A model generated the notes under the pieces. It ran no database searches. It saw only the letters and a program-made list of their open reading frames with translations, and had not been told where the DNA came from. Below, piece by piece: positions 1 to 9,285 of a stretch of 64,000 nt of DNA (position 1 is its first letter; every line of letters starts with the position of its first letter). Source of the stretch: Methanobrevibacter sp. Lineage in GTDB: Archaea > Methanobacteriota > Methanobacteria > Methanobacteriales > Methanobacteriaceae. The translations under genes were made by a program, and so were the position numbers. The stretch covers positions 1,533 to 65,532 of the forward strand of contig NZ_JAFSNZ010000043.1 in the NCBI RefSeq assembly GCF_017447225.1. Reading direction: 5' to 3'.

Positions 1-545
1 ACGACACTGTTGACCATTATATTTTCTCCGGGACTTACCCCGTGGATTGTACGTCTGGTCTGGCCCTTTTCATCATCTCTGATATGTTTTTCATAGATTT
101 CATCAGGCGTTACCATATTTAAATTCAGATTATCAGCAAACTCTTCGGCCAGACTGCTTTTGACTGCCCAGTTAATGACGCTTCCGTCAGCCTCGCCGGG
201 ACGTTCAATCTGGATTATTGGTATGGAGTTTTGAGAAATCTTGTTTTTATAGTGACTGTAAACCTTATATCCGAAGACCTGACCAGTAGTGGATGATTTT
301 CCATAATTCAGAAGAAATATGATATCCACTTTATCATCATGGAATATTTTAAGCGAATCGCTTGGAACCAGCTTTTTTGAAATGTCAATGATATTTTCTA
401 AGGATTTGTCGATGACGGCAGTTCTGCCCATTGTTCCGCCAAGCCTTACGGAAACTTCCCCATATTCTCTGATTAGGTCAATAAGCTTTAATGCATGGCC
501 TGAGTCTATGATGTTCGGGCCGTGAACCACAATTCCGATTTTCAT
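1..545 (-). CDS. conserved archaeal hypothetical protein, partial (C-terminus lies beyond the window start)
   Basis: Absent from the ORF track because it runs off the window. My reverse-strand translation from the ATG at 545-543 reads MKIGIVVHGPNIIDSGHALKLIDLIREYGEVSVRLGGTMGRTAVIDKS... with no stop down to position 1. Its ATG overlaps the TGA of the upstream gene (ATGA at 542-545). The + strand ORF 319..525 is its antisense shadow. Confidence 0.6.
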   Translation of the reverse strand, partial: MKIGIVVHGPNIIDSGHALKLIDLIREYGEVSVRLGGTMGRTAVIDKSLENIIDISKKLVPSDSLKIFHDDKVDIIFLLNYGKSSTTGQVFGYKVYSHYKNKISQNSIPIIQIERPGEADGSVINWAVKSSLAEEFADNLNLNMVTPDEIYEKHIRDDEKGQTRRTIHGVSPGENIMVNSV

Positions 546-1048
546 CTTTCCACCCTGATTCTTTTTTTGAATATTTCAGATCCGCACACGTCACAGTCAT
601 CAAAAGGATATTCCTCGCCAAACTCCTTTTTGCAGCCCTGACAAACTTTCTTCCAGTTGTAGATTTCCTTAATTCCCTCTGTTATGATACCGGAATAGGG
701 AATATCCATAATTTTTAAGGTATTCTGGATGGTGTAATCATCGCTTATGACCTTGACTGACTTTCCTTCATCTTTAAGCATCAGTGCAAGAGCGATTATC
801 TTTTTATCCGGCACAGATAACCTTAAGACATCACCTGATTTTGAAATTGACTCTTCTGTTTTATCCAAATATTCCTTTGTTACATCCTGAACGATTAAAA
901 TTCCATCATCCACTGCACTGTCATAGGCAAGTCGGGATTCGAAATCCTTAATTTCAGCAGTGATTTCAGGAACAGTATAATTATTTTTAGATGTCGGTTT
1001 AAAGCCGTTGATGAATGCTGATGCATCTAAAATATAGTAAATTTCCAT
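542..1048 (-). CDS. nob1: Nob1-like PIN-domain endoribonuclease with C-terminal zinc ribbon
   Basis: 168 aa. N-terminal PIN-like segment (YILDASAFINGF ... VISDDYTIQN) plus C-terminal CQGC-x12-CDVC zinc ribbon, the architecture of archaeal Nob1. Confidence 0.65.
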   Translation of the reverse strand: MEIYYILDASAFINGFKPTSKNNYTVPEITAEIKDFESRLAYDSAVDDGILIVQDVTKEYLDKTEESISKSGDVLRLSVPDKKIIALALMLKDEGKSVKVISDDYTIQNTLKIMDIPYSGIITEGIKEIYNWKKVCQGCKKEFGEEYPFDDCDVCGSEIFKKRIRVER

Positions 1049-1129
1049 GAGTATACCTTTGATTTAGAAATTTAAAATACTTTTTGATGAATTTATTTTA
1101 TTAAATACAACATCAATAATAGGAAAATA

Positions 1130-1510
1130 TTAAGACATATCGCCATATACTTCCATTAATGCTTTTTGGTCTTCAGCAGATCCTCCACCAATTATCTTGC
1201 CTGTTGCACTATCATATTGAGTATCCCCAATCCAATAATATCCTTGACCGGAATTCCATTCATCCATATGTTGCTGAGCATATTCCCTTGAAACATATTT
1301 GCTATCACTACCAGATTGCTGTGAACCGCCATCATTATTTACAACATCTTCACTGTTTACTTTATCTACATCCACAGAGGAAGAAGTATTATTGATTTCA
1401 GTGACCGGCTTGTCATTATTTTGTTGACTTATTAACATGAACCCACCAATAGCAATAACAACAAATATTATTACTAAAGCAAGTATTATTTTATTATAAT
1501 TCATAATCAC
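1130..1510 (-). CDS. small membrane-anchored hypothetical protein
   Basis: 126 aa. Single N-terminal hydrophobic helix (IILALVIIFVVIAIGGFMLI) followed by a polar Ser/Asp/Asn-rich domain. No recognisable family. Confidence 0.45.
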   Translation of the reverse strand: MIMNYNKIILALVIIFVVIAIGGFMLISQQNNDKPVTEINNTSSSVDVDKVNSEDVVNNDGGSQQSGSDSKYVSREYAQQHMDEWNSGQGYYWIGDTQYDSATGKIIGGGSAEDQKALMEVYGDMS

Positions 1511-1691
1511 ACACCATGTTATTACATTGTGTATTATTTATATTTTCAACAAAATATATTATTTTCTGACATACTAAAATATGCCATAATTAATTTGATT
1601 ATATTTATCAACTAGATTATGCATTAGAATTTCAAATGAACTCATAACTGAAACAAAGATTTAATATGCAGAAAAAATCATTATAATATTA

Positions 1692-2684
1692 ATGGCCTAT
1701 TTTAATAACAAAAAAGATAACAATAATATAATTTATTCATTAAATTTTCTAAAATTTTTAGCAGTTTTTGGAGTTATATGCATACATTGCAGCATATTTC
1801 CCACTGTACAGTACAAAGGTCTGGTCATTGACGCACTTGCAAGATTTTCAGTGCCTGCCTTTTTCCTTATATCCGGATTTTTTAGCTATTATGACGATAA
1901 TTCCATTGCATTGCACAAATATAAAACAAGAATGGTCAAATTAATTAAATTATTTATTATTGCCAATATCGTGTATTTTCTCTTTGAATTTTATACCGTT
2001 TACTTTGGGAACTTAACCGCATTAATACTGGAGAAATTTACTTTATATGATATATTTTATTATTTTACTTATGACGTTTCACCATTTGGAACCCATCTGT
2101 GGTTCATATTCGCTTTAATCTATTGTTATCTGCTATTTTATATTTTGACTAAATTTTGCGTTAAACCTAAGATATTGTACAAATTTATCCCCATATTAAT
2201 AGCTGCTACATTGTTTATGTCTGAGTTTTGTAAACTGATAGGAATGACATTTCCACTGGAATATTATAGAAACTTCCTATTTATGGGATTGCCTTTTTTC
2301 ACAATAGGCTATTATATCCATGACAATGAAAGTAATTTAAATAAATTATCAAACACCTCGGCAATCATTCTGGCTTTTTCAGGTATTTTACTGACCATTT
2401 TAGAAGTGTCTTTTGTTGGAATGTCCGAGATATTTGTGGGAACAGTAATATTTATAACATTTGTATTTATATGGTGCGTTAAAAATCCGAACAGATTATA
2501 TTTCAGAATTACTGATTTTATTGGCGGTAAACTGTTCACTTCAATGTATATTTTACATGTTTTGGTAATAATGATTCTGGCCGAAACGATTCAGACACCC
2601 TCATTCATCGCCTGCTCAGTATTGACTGTGTTAATATCAACTCTTATCTATCTCATTAATACTAAACTTAACATAAAGTTTTAA
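1692..2684 (+). CDS. acyltransferase family 3 membrane protein
   Basis: 330 aa polytopic protein. The N-terminal pattern (LNFLKFLAVFGVICIHC ... RFSVPAFFLISGFF) is typical of acyltransferase_3 O-acyltransferases. Paralog of 51100..52134. Confidence 0.65.
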   Translation: MAYFNNKKDNNNIIYSLNFLKFLAVFGVICIHCSIFPTVQYKGLVIDALARFSVPAFFLISGFFSYYDDNSIALHKYKTRMVKLIKLFIIANIVYFLFEFYTVYFGNLTALILEKFTLYDIFYYFTYDVSPFGTHLWFIFALIYCYLLFYILTKFCVKPKILYKFIPILIAATLFMSEFCKLIGMTFPLEYYRNFLFMGLPFFTIGYYIHDNESNLNKLSNTSAIILAFSGILLTILEVSFVGMSEIFVGTVIFITFVFIWCVKNPNRLYFRITDFIGGKLFTSMYILHVLVIMILAETIQTPSFIACSVLTVLISTLIYLINTKLNIKF

Positions 2685-2892
2685 ATTGGGTTGTCTAGTT
2701 GAAAAGTCTTCACCATCTACTGAATTTTTTATATTCAGATATTTTCCATCTTTTTAACTCTGTACAAAGAAAAAAACAACATTTTTCCTTTAAATTTTTT
2801 TTAATTGAAAATAAATTACCCAAATCACAACCACATCAAACCTGCACCAAAATAAACCCAATTAAAAAATCCAAAATAATTTTTGATGAATT

Positions 2893-3057
2893 TTCAGGAA
2901 ATGTTAAGGGAAATTTCAGCAAATCTTCATGGAAATTATAGTGAATATTAAGTGAATCTTCAGCAAATATTCATGGAATATTCACCAAATTTTCAGTGAA
3001 TATTCATAGAACTTTCAGGAAATATTAGGGCAATGTTCATGAAATTTTCATATATTT
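2893..3057. repeat. 15 gap-free tandem 11-bp units, consensus TTCAnnrAATn, with a 44-bp higher-order period
   Basis: Read directly: ttcaggaaatg ttaagggaaat ttcagcaaatc ttcatggaaat tatagtgaata ttaagtgaatc ttcagcaaata ttcatggaata ttcaccaaatt ttcagtgaata ttcatagaact ttcaggaaata ttagggcaatg ttcatgaaatt ttcatatattt. T1 and A8 are invariant and A9 is 14/15. Confidence 0.9.
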
Positions 3058-3145
3058 ATTTAAACATTTGAAAAAAAATTATTTACATGAACATATTTCA
3101 ATAACTCATGAAAAGTTATGGGACATAGAAAAATTTAATGCTGTG

Positions 3146-3943
3146 ATGAAAATGATGATAGATGAAAACTACATTGACAAGGACATATTATTTATAGTAA
3201 ATTCAGAAATCCGACTGCAGATATTAACGGAGCTTAAAAATGAACCCCAAACGGTAAGAGAGCTAGTTGACAGGACCAATATGGCATACAGTTCCGTATC
3301 AAATAACCTGAGCAAACTGGAGTACAAAAACCATGTGATTAAGGAGGACAGAATCTACACAATCAATCCGATGACCCGAATATACTTTGACCAGATTATG
3401 GAATTCAAGAAAAGCATAGACGTGGTACAAAATTTTAATAACTTCTGGTACAAACATGATATTACCTATATTAACATCAATTTAATAGAAGATATTACTA
3501 AGTTATACAAATCTAAACTAATAGAAACTAACCCGATTGACATATACAAGACACATAATAACATCAAAAAGAATCTGGAAAAATCCCGAAACGTTAAAGG
3601 AATTCTTCCATACATCCATCCGGAATATCCGAAATTAATGGAAAAGATTTTGAAAAGTAACGGCAAAATTGAGCTGATTATGGAAAAAAGCATATATCGG
3701 GGACTTATCTCACAGATAGATGAAAAAGTAAAAAGGCAGGCCAAGAAAGAGGGAAGATTGAAAATTCATGTTCTGAAAGAAAATTTAGAGATTTATCTGC
3801 TGATTTGTGATAATAAAATGAATCTGGGACTGTTTAAAAACGACGGAAGTTATGATCAAAACAGGATATTGACTTCAGATACGCATGAGTCCATCAATTG
3901 GGCTAATAGTCTGTTTGATACAATCAAAGAAAAAGTGATTTAA
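3146..3943 (+). CDS. winged-helix transcriptional regulator, DUF1724 (FilR1-type C-terminal domain) family
   Basis: N-terminal ArsR-like wHTH (SEIRLQILTELKNEPQTVRELVDRTNMAYSSVSNNLSKLEYKNHV) plus a ~180-aa C-terminal domain shared with the next gene. The track start is a TTG at 3068. I prefer the first in-frame ATG at 3146, which gives a length similar to the paralog, but the start is uncertain. Confidence 0.6.
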   Translation: MKMMIDENYIDKDILFIVNSEIRLQILTELKNEPQTVRELVDRTNMAYSSVSNNLSKLEYKNHVIKEDRIYTINPMTRIYFDQIMEFKKSIDVVQNFNNFWYKHDITYININLIEDITKLYKSKLIETNPIDIYKTHNNIKKNLEKSRNVKGILPYIHPEYPKLMEKILKSNGKIELIMEKSIYRGLISQIDEKVKRQAKKEGRLKIHVLKENLEIYLLICDNKMNLGLFKNDGSYDQNRILTSDTHESINWANSLFDTIKEKVI

Positions 3944-4753
3944 ATGGCAGCCAAAAACATGAACGAAACACGGGAATTCAAAAACGTCAAGTATCTGCTG
4001 ACCTCATCTATGCGCACTTTAATTCTGGTTGTACTCTATAACAACAACAAAACCCTCAATGAAATAAGAGACGAACTGCAAAAGCCTTCAGCAACAATAT
4101 TGCATGGACTAAAAGAACTTGAGGAAAACAATCTGATTAAAAAGGACAAAAAGGAGTACTCTCTTACTTCAAACGGATATCTTCTTTCGACAAACATAAT
4201 AAAACTGATAAACAACTGGTATTCCATTGAAACACACAAGGATTTCTGGAATAGCCACGACCTGAGTGGCATTCCAGAAGAATATCTGAATAAGCTGTAT
4301 CTCTTGAAAGATGCTGAATTAGTTTCATCCACAACCAGTGACTTATCCAATGCATTCAATACATACATACAACTGCTCAGGACTTCAGCAAGCATTAAAA
4401 TGATTCTGCCGATATACTCTGAAAATCATTTTAAATACATCATAAAGCTACTGAAAAGCGACAGCATACAACATCTGACAATACTGATTAACAAGAAAAT
4501 ACTTAGAACCATGAGAAAAAGCAGATATTTGAAAAAGACAATACTGAAAAACAGGAAAGTGACAGTGCTCGACATGGACAGGAATCCGAAAATATTTCTG
4601 ACATATTCAGAGGAATTCATGACATTGACATTGTTTTTTAAGGATAAGCACTACGATGATTCCCAAATGATAGTTGACAGAAGCGAAAACTCTATACGAT
4701 GGGCGAAAGGACTATTTAATTATTACATGGAAGATTCCAATGACAGACAATAA
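3944..4753 (+). CDS. winged-helix transcriptional regulator, DUF1724 family (paralog of the preceding gene)
   Basis: 269 aa. wHTH (MRTLILVVLYNNNKTLNEIRDELQKPSATILHGLKELEENNLI) and the same C-terminal architecture ending in a WA..LF motif (IRWAKGLFNYY versus INWANSLFDTI). The ATG directly abuts the TAA of the upstream gene. Confidence 0.6.
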   Translation: MAAKNMNETREFKNVKYLLTSSMRTLILVVLYNNNKTLNEIRDELQKPSATILHGLKELEENNLIKKDKKEYSLTSNGYLLSTNIIKLINNWYSIETHKDFWNSHDLSGIPEEYLNKLYLLKDAELVSSTTSDLSNAFNTYIQLLRTSASIKMILPIYSENHFKYIIKLLKSDSIQHLTILINKKILRTMRKSRYLKKTILKNRKVTVLDMDRNPKIFLTYSEEFMTLTLFFKDKHYDDSQMIVDRSENSIRWAKGLFNYYMEDSNDRQ

Positions 4754-5021
4754 CAATAAACTGAAAATACTATTATTTCAAAAGAAAGGCGGTAAAACTT
4801 CAGCAAGAATAATCGAACAGCTACTGATTAGGCCATATAATCCTAATCAGATTGCAGAATTGCTGGATATCAGCTACAACACAGCATACTATCATATGCA
4901 AATTCTGCAAAAATACCATTTCATTGAAAAAAAGAACGACGAATACGGTTCATTCTATGAAGCGACCGAAGCTTTATTAAAGGAAAGCGAATCCTTTTTT
5001 AAGTTGAAAGAACTTATATAA
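4740..5021 (+). CDS. small winged-helix (ArsR-like) DNA-binding protein
   Basis: 93 aa from the ATG at 4740 (MTDNNNKLKILLFQKKGGKTSARIIEQLLIRPYNPNQIAELLDISYNTAYYHMQILQKYHFIEKK). It overlaps the previous gene by 14 nt. The track start at 4674 would lie deep inside the upstream CDS. Confidence 0.5.
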   Translation: MTDNNNKLKILLFQKKGGKTSARIIEQLLIRPYNPNQIAELLDISYNTAYYHMQILQKYHFIEKKNDEYGSFYEATEALLKESESFFKLKELI

Positions 5022-5056
5022 GAAACAATTAATAATGGATTTAACTTGGTGATTGA

Positions 5057-5560
5057 ATGGAAAGTAAAACAACAAAAGAGCATCAGAGCGCATCTTCAAA
5101 AGACATAACTTGTGGAATCATTACATTAAGCGATAGCAGAAGCAAAAAGGAAGATTTATCCGGAGATTATCTTGAAGAGGAAATAAATAAAAGATATACC
5201 TTAAAATCAAGACTTGTAATCAAAGATGAAGCAGAGCCTTTGACAGAAGCTATTGAGAAAATGGTTGATGAAAATATTGATGTCATCCTAACTAATGGCG
5301 GTACAGGCCTTAGCATGAGAGATATTACAGTCGAAACCGTTGAAAAGTTATTTGACAAAAAAATCGATGGTTTTGGAGAAATATTCAGACATGAATCCTA
5401 TCTAGAAATAGGTTCAGGTGCTCTTCTTTCACGGGCAACAGCAGGTGTCTATAAAAAGTGTTGCATATTTTCCATGCCAGGATCACCTAACGCAGTTAAA
5501 ACCGCAACAAAAATAATAATTGATGAACTGCCACATATCGTTCATCATGCGCAAAAATAA
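5057..5560 (+). CDS. moaB: molybdenum cofactor biosynthesis protein B (MoaB/MogA family)
   Basis: 167 aa. MoCF_biosynth motifs ILTNGGTGLSMRDITVE and FSMPGSPNAV. GGTGAT Shine-Dalgarno sequence 4 nt upstream of the ATG. Confidence 0.75.
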   Translation: MESKTTKEHQSASSKDITCGIITLSDSRSKKEDLSGDYLEEEINKRYTLKSRLVIKDEAEPLTEAIEKMVDENIDVILTNGGTGLSMRDITVETVEKLFDKKIDGFGEIFRHESYLEIGSGALLSRATAGVYKKCCIFSMPGSPNAVKTATKIIIDELPHIVHHAQK

Positions 5561-5604
5561 AATTATTGATGGATTTATATCCATCATTTCTTTTTTTAAT
5601 GAAA

Positions 5605-6126
5605 TCAGAACTCATCAACTTTAATTAAAGGTTCTAAAGCAATACCTTCTTCTTCGAATGCTTCAATAGCCCCTTCCTGTCTGTCGACAACAACGAAAGC
5701 CCTTGTTACATTACCCCCATTATCCTGAATTGCCTTAATGGCTTTAAGAAGAGACCCTCCGGTGGTTGTTACGTCCTCAACGACAATTACATTGTCTCCG
5801 GAGTTCAGCTCACCTTCAATCAATTTAGATGTTCCGTATCCTTTCTTTTCCTTACGAATCATCAGCAATGGAGTTTTGCTTTCAAGAGAAACTGCTGTTG
5901 CGATAGGAACAGCACCCAGAGCCGGACCTGCAACCTTATCGATTCCGTCTTCGGCAATCATCTCAGTAATCAACTTGGCGATTGTAGATAGAATTTCAGG
6001 TTCCGTTATGGCCTTTTTCATGTTAATGTAGTAATCGCTCTTCTTACCTGAAGATAATGTGAAATCACCTTTAAGGAAAACCTCATTGTCCTTCAGCAGT
6101 TGAATCAAATAGTCTTTAGATGGCAT
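5605..6126 (-). CDS. pyrE: orotate phosphoribosyltransferase
   Basis: 173 aa. PRPP-binding loop [13 protein letters not shown], and [14 protein letters not shown] typical of PyrE. Confidence 0.85.
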   Translation of the reverse strand: MPSKDYLIQLLKDNEVFLKGDFTLSSGKKSDYYINMKKAITEPEILSTIAKLITEMIAEDGIDKVAGPALGAVPIATAVSLESKTPLLMIRKEKKGYGTSKLIEGELNSGDNVIVVEDVTTTGGSLLKAIKAIQDNGGNVTRAFVVVDRQEGAIEAFEEEGIALEPLIKVDEF

Positions 6127-6353
6127 TATATATCATCATCGCTTTTAAGTAATACTTTATCTCCAATAGCTTTTACAAGCTCTACCGGAATAACATTTTC
6201 ACTGTCACGGATTTGCTCTGAAATTCCGGTTTTTTTAATTACCAAATCAGTAATTTCAAAACTGTCCTCATCAAAAATCAGTTCGGAAACTTTACCAATA
6301 ATTTTTGCATTCGCATCAAGAATTTCCTTGTTAAATAATTCTTTAGTTCTCAT
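6126..6353 (-). CDS. PRC-barrel domain protein
   Basis: 75 aa ([26 protein letters not shown]...). Its stop overlaps the pyrE start by 1 nt (TAATG). Paralog-like to 21306..21584. Confidence 0.55.
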   Translation of the reverse strand: MRTKELFNKEILDANAKIIGKVSELIFDEDSFEITDLVIKKTGISEQIRDSENVIPVELVKAIGDKVLLKSDDDI

Positions 6354-6421
6354 AAAAAATCACCTTATGTTATCAGTATTATATTTGAATTTTGAATTTA
6401 AAAAAGTTTAGTTTTAAAAAA

Positions 6422-7435
6422 TCAGGCTAAAAAGTCATTAATCCAGTAGGACAGTAACTTATCAACTGTGTTTCCGACACAATTTTTTAAAAGATTTGTT
6501 GATTGCGCATAAGCAATTTCCTTTTCGATAATGCCTTTATCAACATCATCCATCAGGTTAAGGATTGCTGATGTTACGGCAATATTTTCCTGAATTTTGG
6601 AATCAAATTTTAGCTGGCGAATGAAGTTATGTTTATCTTGATTTAAGCTATCATAAAATTCATTGATGTCCAACTTGTACCTGTTTAATAATACCAAAAC
6701 ATGAGATTGTGAACGTGGTGTAATCCAAACTTGTTTTTTAATTGCTACATGTATAGACTCAATGATAGTTTTAGCAATTACTTCACCTAACTTGGAATGT
6801 TTTCCGGCATTCCCAAGGATATTGTCCGAATCCATATTTGATGAGATTATCAGTCCGTCAGTGCCTGTTCCTGTTGCAAAAGAATTGGAAAACTGGGACG
6901 GAATCTTCAGTCTGTTCAGGGCAACGGTTTTGGCCTCACATGCAGTCATAAACGCCTCAACCAAAGTTGAATCATCAAGCTTTGAATTGATAAGCAAAAT
7001 CGTGTTGATAGTTCCCGGATGAAACTCGCCGTTTTCCTCATAATATGATGCATCATCACCTGCACATGTTGCATTTACACGGACTCCCGCAGTGGTTAAT
7101 GCAGTGACTTCAAGTTTTTTATATTTTTTTGTGACAATGGAAAGGTTTTTCATCCTTGCCAGCGTGACAATACCACTTGATTTGGCAGAATCAAACTTAA
7201 GTTGTCCGCATAGCTTTTCAAGATAGTCTTTCAGGTCATGATCTTCAAGATAATCAATATTTTCCTGTGAGAGATGATGATTGAATACGAATTTCAGGTC
7301 ATTTCGAATCCCACCATTGAGAAGAGATGTGGAAATGGTGTTTCGATTATTATTAAATTTAACAAAAATAGAATCTTTCAGATAATAAACTTCATCTGAA
7401 GTTGAAGTCTTAAAAATAAGTCTGTTGTTGTACAT
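6422..7435 (-). CDS. cbiZ: adenosylcobinamide amidohydrolase (CbiZ family)
   Basis: 337 aa. Segments TALTTAGVRVNA, PGTINTILLIN, ACEAKTVAL and FATGTGTDGLII match my memory of CbiZ conserved blocks. Confidence 0.55.
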   Translation of the reverse strand: MYNNRLIFKTSTSDEVYYLKDSIFVKFNNNRNTISTSLLNGGIRNDLKFVFNHHLSQENIDYLEDHDLKDYLEKLCGQLKFDSAKSSGIVTLARMKNLSIVTKKYKKLEVTALTTAGVRVNATCAGDDASYYEENGEFHPGTINTILLINSKLDDSTLVEAFMTACEAKTVALNRLKIPSQFSNSFATGTGTDGLIISSNMDSDNILGNAGKHSKLGEVIAKTIIESIHVAIKKQVWITPRSQSHVLVLLNRYKLDINEFYDSLNQDKHNFIRQLKFDSKIQENIAVTSAILNLMDDVDKGIIEKEIAYAQSTNLLKNCVGNTVDKLLSYWINDFLA

Positions 7436-7472
7436 AAAAAAGAGAAAAAAAGATGTAAATTAGATTTACATC
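7436..7472 (-). terminator. hairpin plus oligo-T terminator of the thermosome gene
   Basis: The minus strand reads ATGATGTAAATCTAATTTACATCTTTTTTTCTCTTTTTT. There is a perfect 9-bp stem GATGTAAAT/ATTTACATC (3-nt loop) that contains the TAA stop, followed by T7 and T6 runs. It fills the 30-nt gap before the cbiZ ATG. Confidence 0.55.
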
Positions 7473-9076
7473 ATTGGAGGCATACCGCCCATACCTGGGT
7501 CCATAGCCATATCGTCTGCTCCACCAGTGGAAGCAATTACGTCATCGATTCTTAAAATCATTTCAGCTGCTTCGGATGCAGATTGGATAGCTTGTTTTTT
7601 GACACGTTTTGGTTCAATTACTCCAGCTTCTTTCATATCTGCTACTTCACCAGTGAATACATCTAATCCCATGTAAGCGCTGTCTTCTTGAGCAGCTCTT
7701 AAATCTACTAAGGAGTCGATGCTGTCTAAACCTGCGTTTTCAGCTAAGGTTTTAGGTACGATTTCTAAAGCTTCTGCAAATGCATTTACAGCTAATTGTT
7801 CTCTGCCAGAAATGGATTCTGCGTAATCTTTGAGTTTTTTAGCCATAGCGATTTCAGGAGCACCTCCACCAGCTACAACTTGGTCATCTTCTACAGTAGC
7901 TGCCACTACACCGATTGCGTCTTCAATAGCTCTTACGATTTCGTCAACGATGTGTTTGGTACTTCCTCTTACGAATAAGGTTACTGCTTTAGCTGAGTCA
8001 CATTCTTCGACAAAGATCATGTCTTCACCGGAGATTTTTCTTTCTTCAACGATACCAGCATGACCTAAATCATCAGCGGATAAATCATCTAAGTTGGTTA
8101 CTACAGTAGCACCGGTAGCTCTGGATAATTTTTCGATATCGGATTTTTTGACTCTTCTTACAGCCATAATGCCTGATTTAGCTAAGTAGTGTTGTGCTAA
8201 GTCATCAATACCTTTTTGTGCGAATAATACGTTAGCTCCAGCATCAGCAACTTTTTGAACCATTTCTTTAATCATGTTTTCTTCACGTTCAATGAAAGCT
8301 TGCATTTGAGCAGGATCAGTTATTCTGATTTCAGCATCAGTTTCAGTCTCTTTAACTTCTAAAGGAGAGTTAACGAGAGCGATTTTTGCATCATTAATTT
8401 CAGATGGCATACCTGGATGTACTTTTTCTTTGTCAATGATAACTCCTTCAACTAAGCTGGATTCTTCGACAACAGCACCGTCTTTTTTCTCGATTTTAAT
8501 ATTGTCAATGTCAACATCTTTGTCATCAGCAACTTTTTGAACAGCTTCAACGATTAATTTTGCTAATGGTTCACGTGCTGCTTCGGTTCCTTTACCAGTC
8601 ATAGCAGTCATAGCTACTTTAGTTAAGGTTTCAGTGTCAATGTCATCGATTGCAATTTGGTCTAAGATTTCCTGAGCTTTTTCAGCTGCTTTTCTGTATC
8701 CCATTGCAATGATGGTTGGGTGAATGTCTGAGTCTAATAAGCTTTCTGATTTTTTCAATAATTCACCAGCAATGATAACTGCAGTAGTAGTTCCGTCTCC
8801 AACTTCGTCTTCTTGGGTTTTTGCTACTTCTACAAGCATTTTTGCTGCAGGATGTTCAATATCCATTTCTTTTAAAATAGTTACTCCATCGTTAGTTACA
8901 ACAATGTCTCCGAGACCATCCACTAACATTTTGTCCATTCCTTTTGGACCTAAAGTAGTTCTCACAGTTTCAGCTAATACTTTACCAGCTAAAATGTTAT
9001 TTCTTTGTGCGTCTCTACCGATGGATCTGTTAGTTCCTTCAGGTAAAATAAAAATTGGTTGTCCACCTTGTGCCAT
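7466..9076 (-). CDS. ths: thermosome subunit (group II chaperonin)
   Basis: 536 aa. [29 protein letters not shown], and the C-terminal Gly/Met tail [21 protein letters not shown] Shine-Dalgarno sequence upstream. Confidence 0.95.
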   Translation of the reverse strand: MAQGGQPIFILPEGTNRSIGRDAQRNNILAGKVLAETVRTTLGPKGMDKMLVDGLGDIVVTNDGVTILKEMDIEHPAAKMLVEVAKTQEDEVGDGTTTAVIIAGELLKKSESLLDSDIHPTIIAMGYRKAAEKAQEILDQIAIDDIDTETLTKVAMTAMTGKGTEAAREPLAKLIVEAVQKVADDKDVDIDNIKIEKKDGAVVEESSLVEGVIIDKEKVHPGMPSEINDAKIALVNSPLEVKETETDAEIRITDPAQMQAFIEREENMIKEMVQKVADAGANVLFAQKGIDDLAQHYLAKSGIMAVRRVKKSDIEKLSRATGATVVTNLDDLSADDLGHAGIVEERKISGEDMIFVEECDSAKAVTLFVRGSTKHIVDEIVRAIEDAIGVVAATVEDDQVVAGGGAPEIAMAKKLKDYAESISGREQLAVNAFAEALEIVPKTLAENAGLDSIDSLVDLRAAQEDSAYMGLDVFTGEVADMKEAGVIEPKRVKKQAIQSASEAAEMILRIDDVIASTGGADDMAMDPGMGGMPPMM

Positions 9077-9285
9077 TTAATCACCTTTTATTAATTTTTA
9101 TAAATAATTAGATCAGTTTAACAATCAACATGAAAATAAGTTATAGTGTTGAATAAACCTTTCTACATATAAAATGAGTTTGAGGTTATATAAATACTTT
9201 GCTATTTAGTGAATTTTTGTAAGAAAAAGATAGGCAATATTGAATTTGGATAAAATGGAATGGAAAAAAAGTAATAGATAATGAA

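Noticed and set aside
2699-2941. 80-aa + strand ORF running into the 11-bp repeat array
   Set aside because: It starts at a non-ATG codon and has no Shine-Dalgarno sequence. It is Lys/Phe/Ser-rich low complexity. Its 3' part is just one frame of a repeat whose period (11) is incompatible with coding conservation.
2893-3057. Possible CRISPR array or replication origin
   Set aside because: Not a CRISPR array: the units are 11 bp and contiguous with no spacers, and no cas genes are present. The origin idea rests on a loose resemblance of the TTCAgTGAA core to mini-ORB boxes recalled from memory, and it is unsupported because no orc1/cdc6 gene or other origin hallmark is in the window. It is kept only as a remote alternative inside the main finding.
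4674-4739. Longer 115-aa version of the third wHTH gene
   Set aside because: It would overlap the C-terminal conserved WA..LF block of the preceding regulator by 80 nt. The ATG at 4740 gives a compact wHTH protein with the short overlap typical of this genome.
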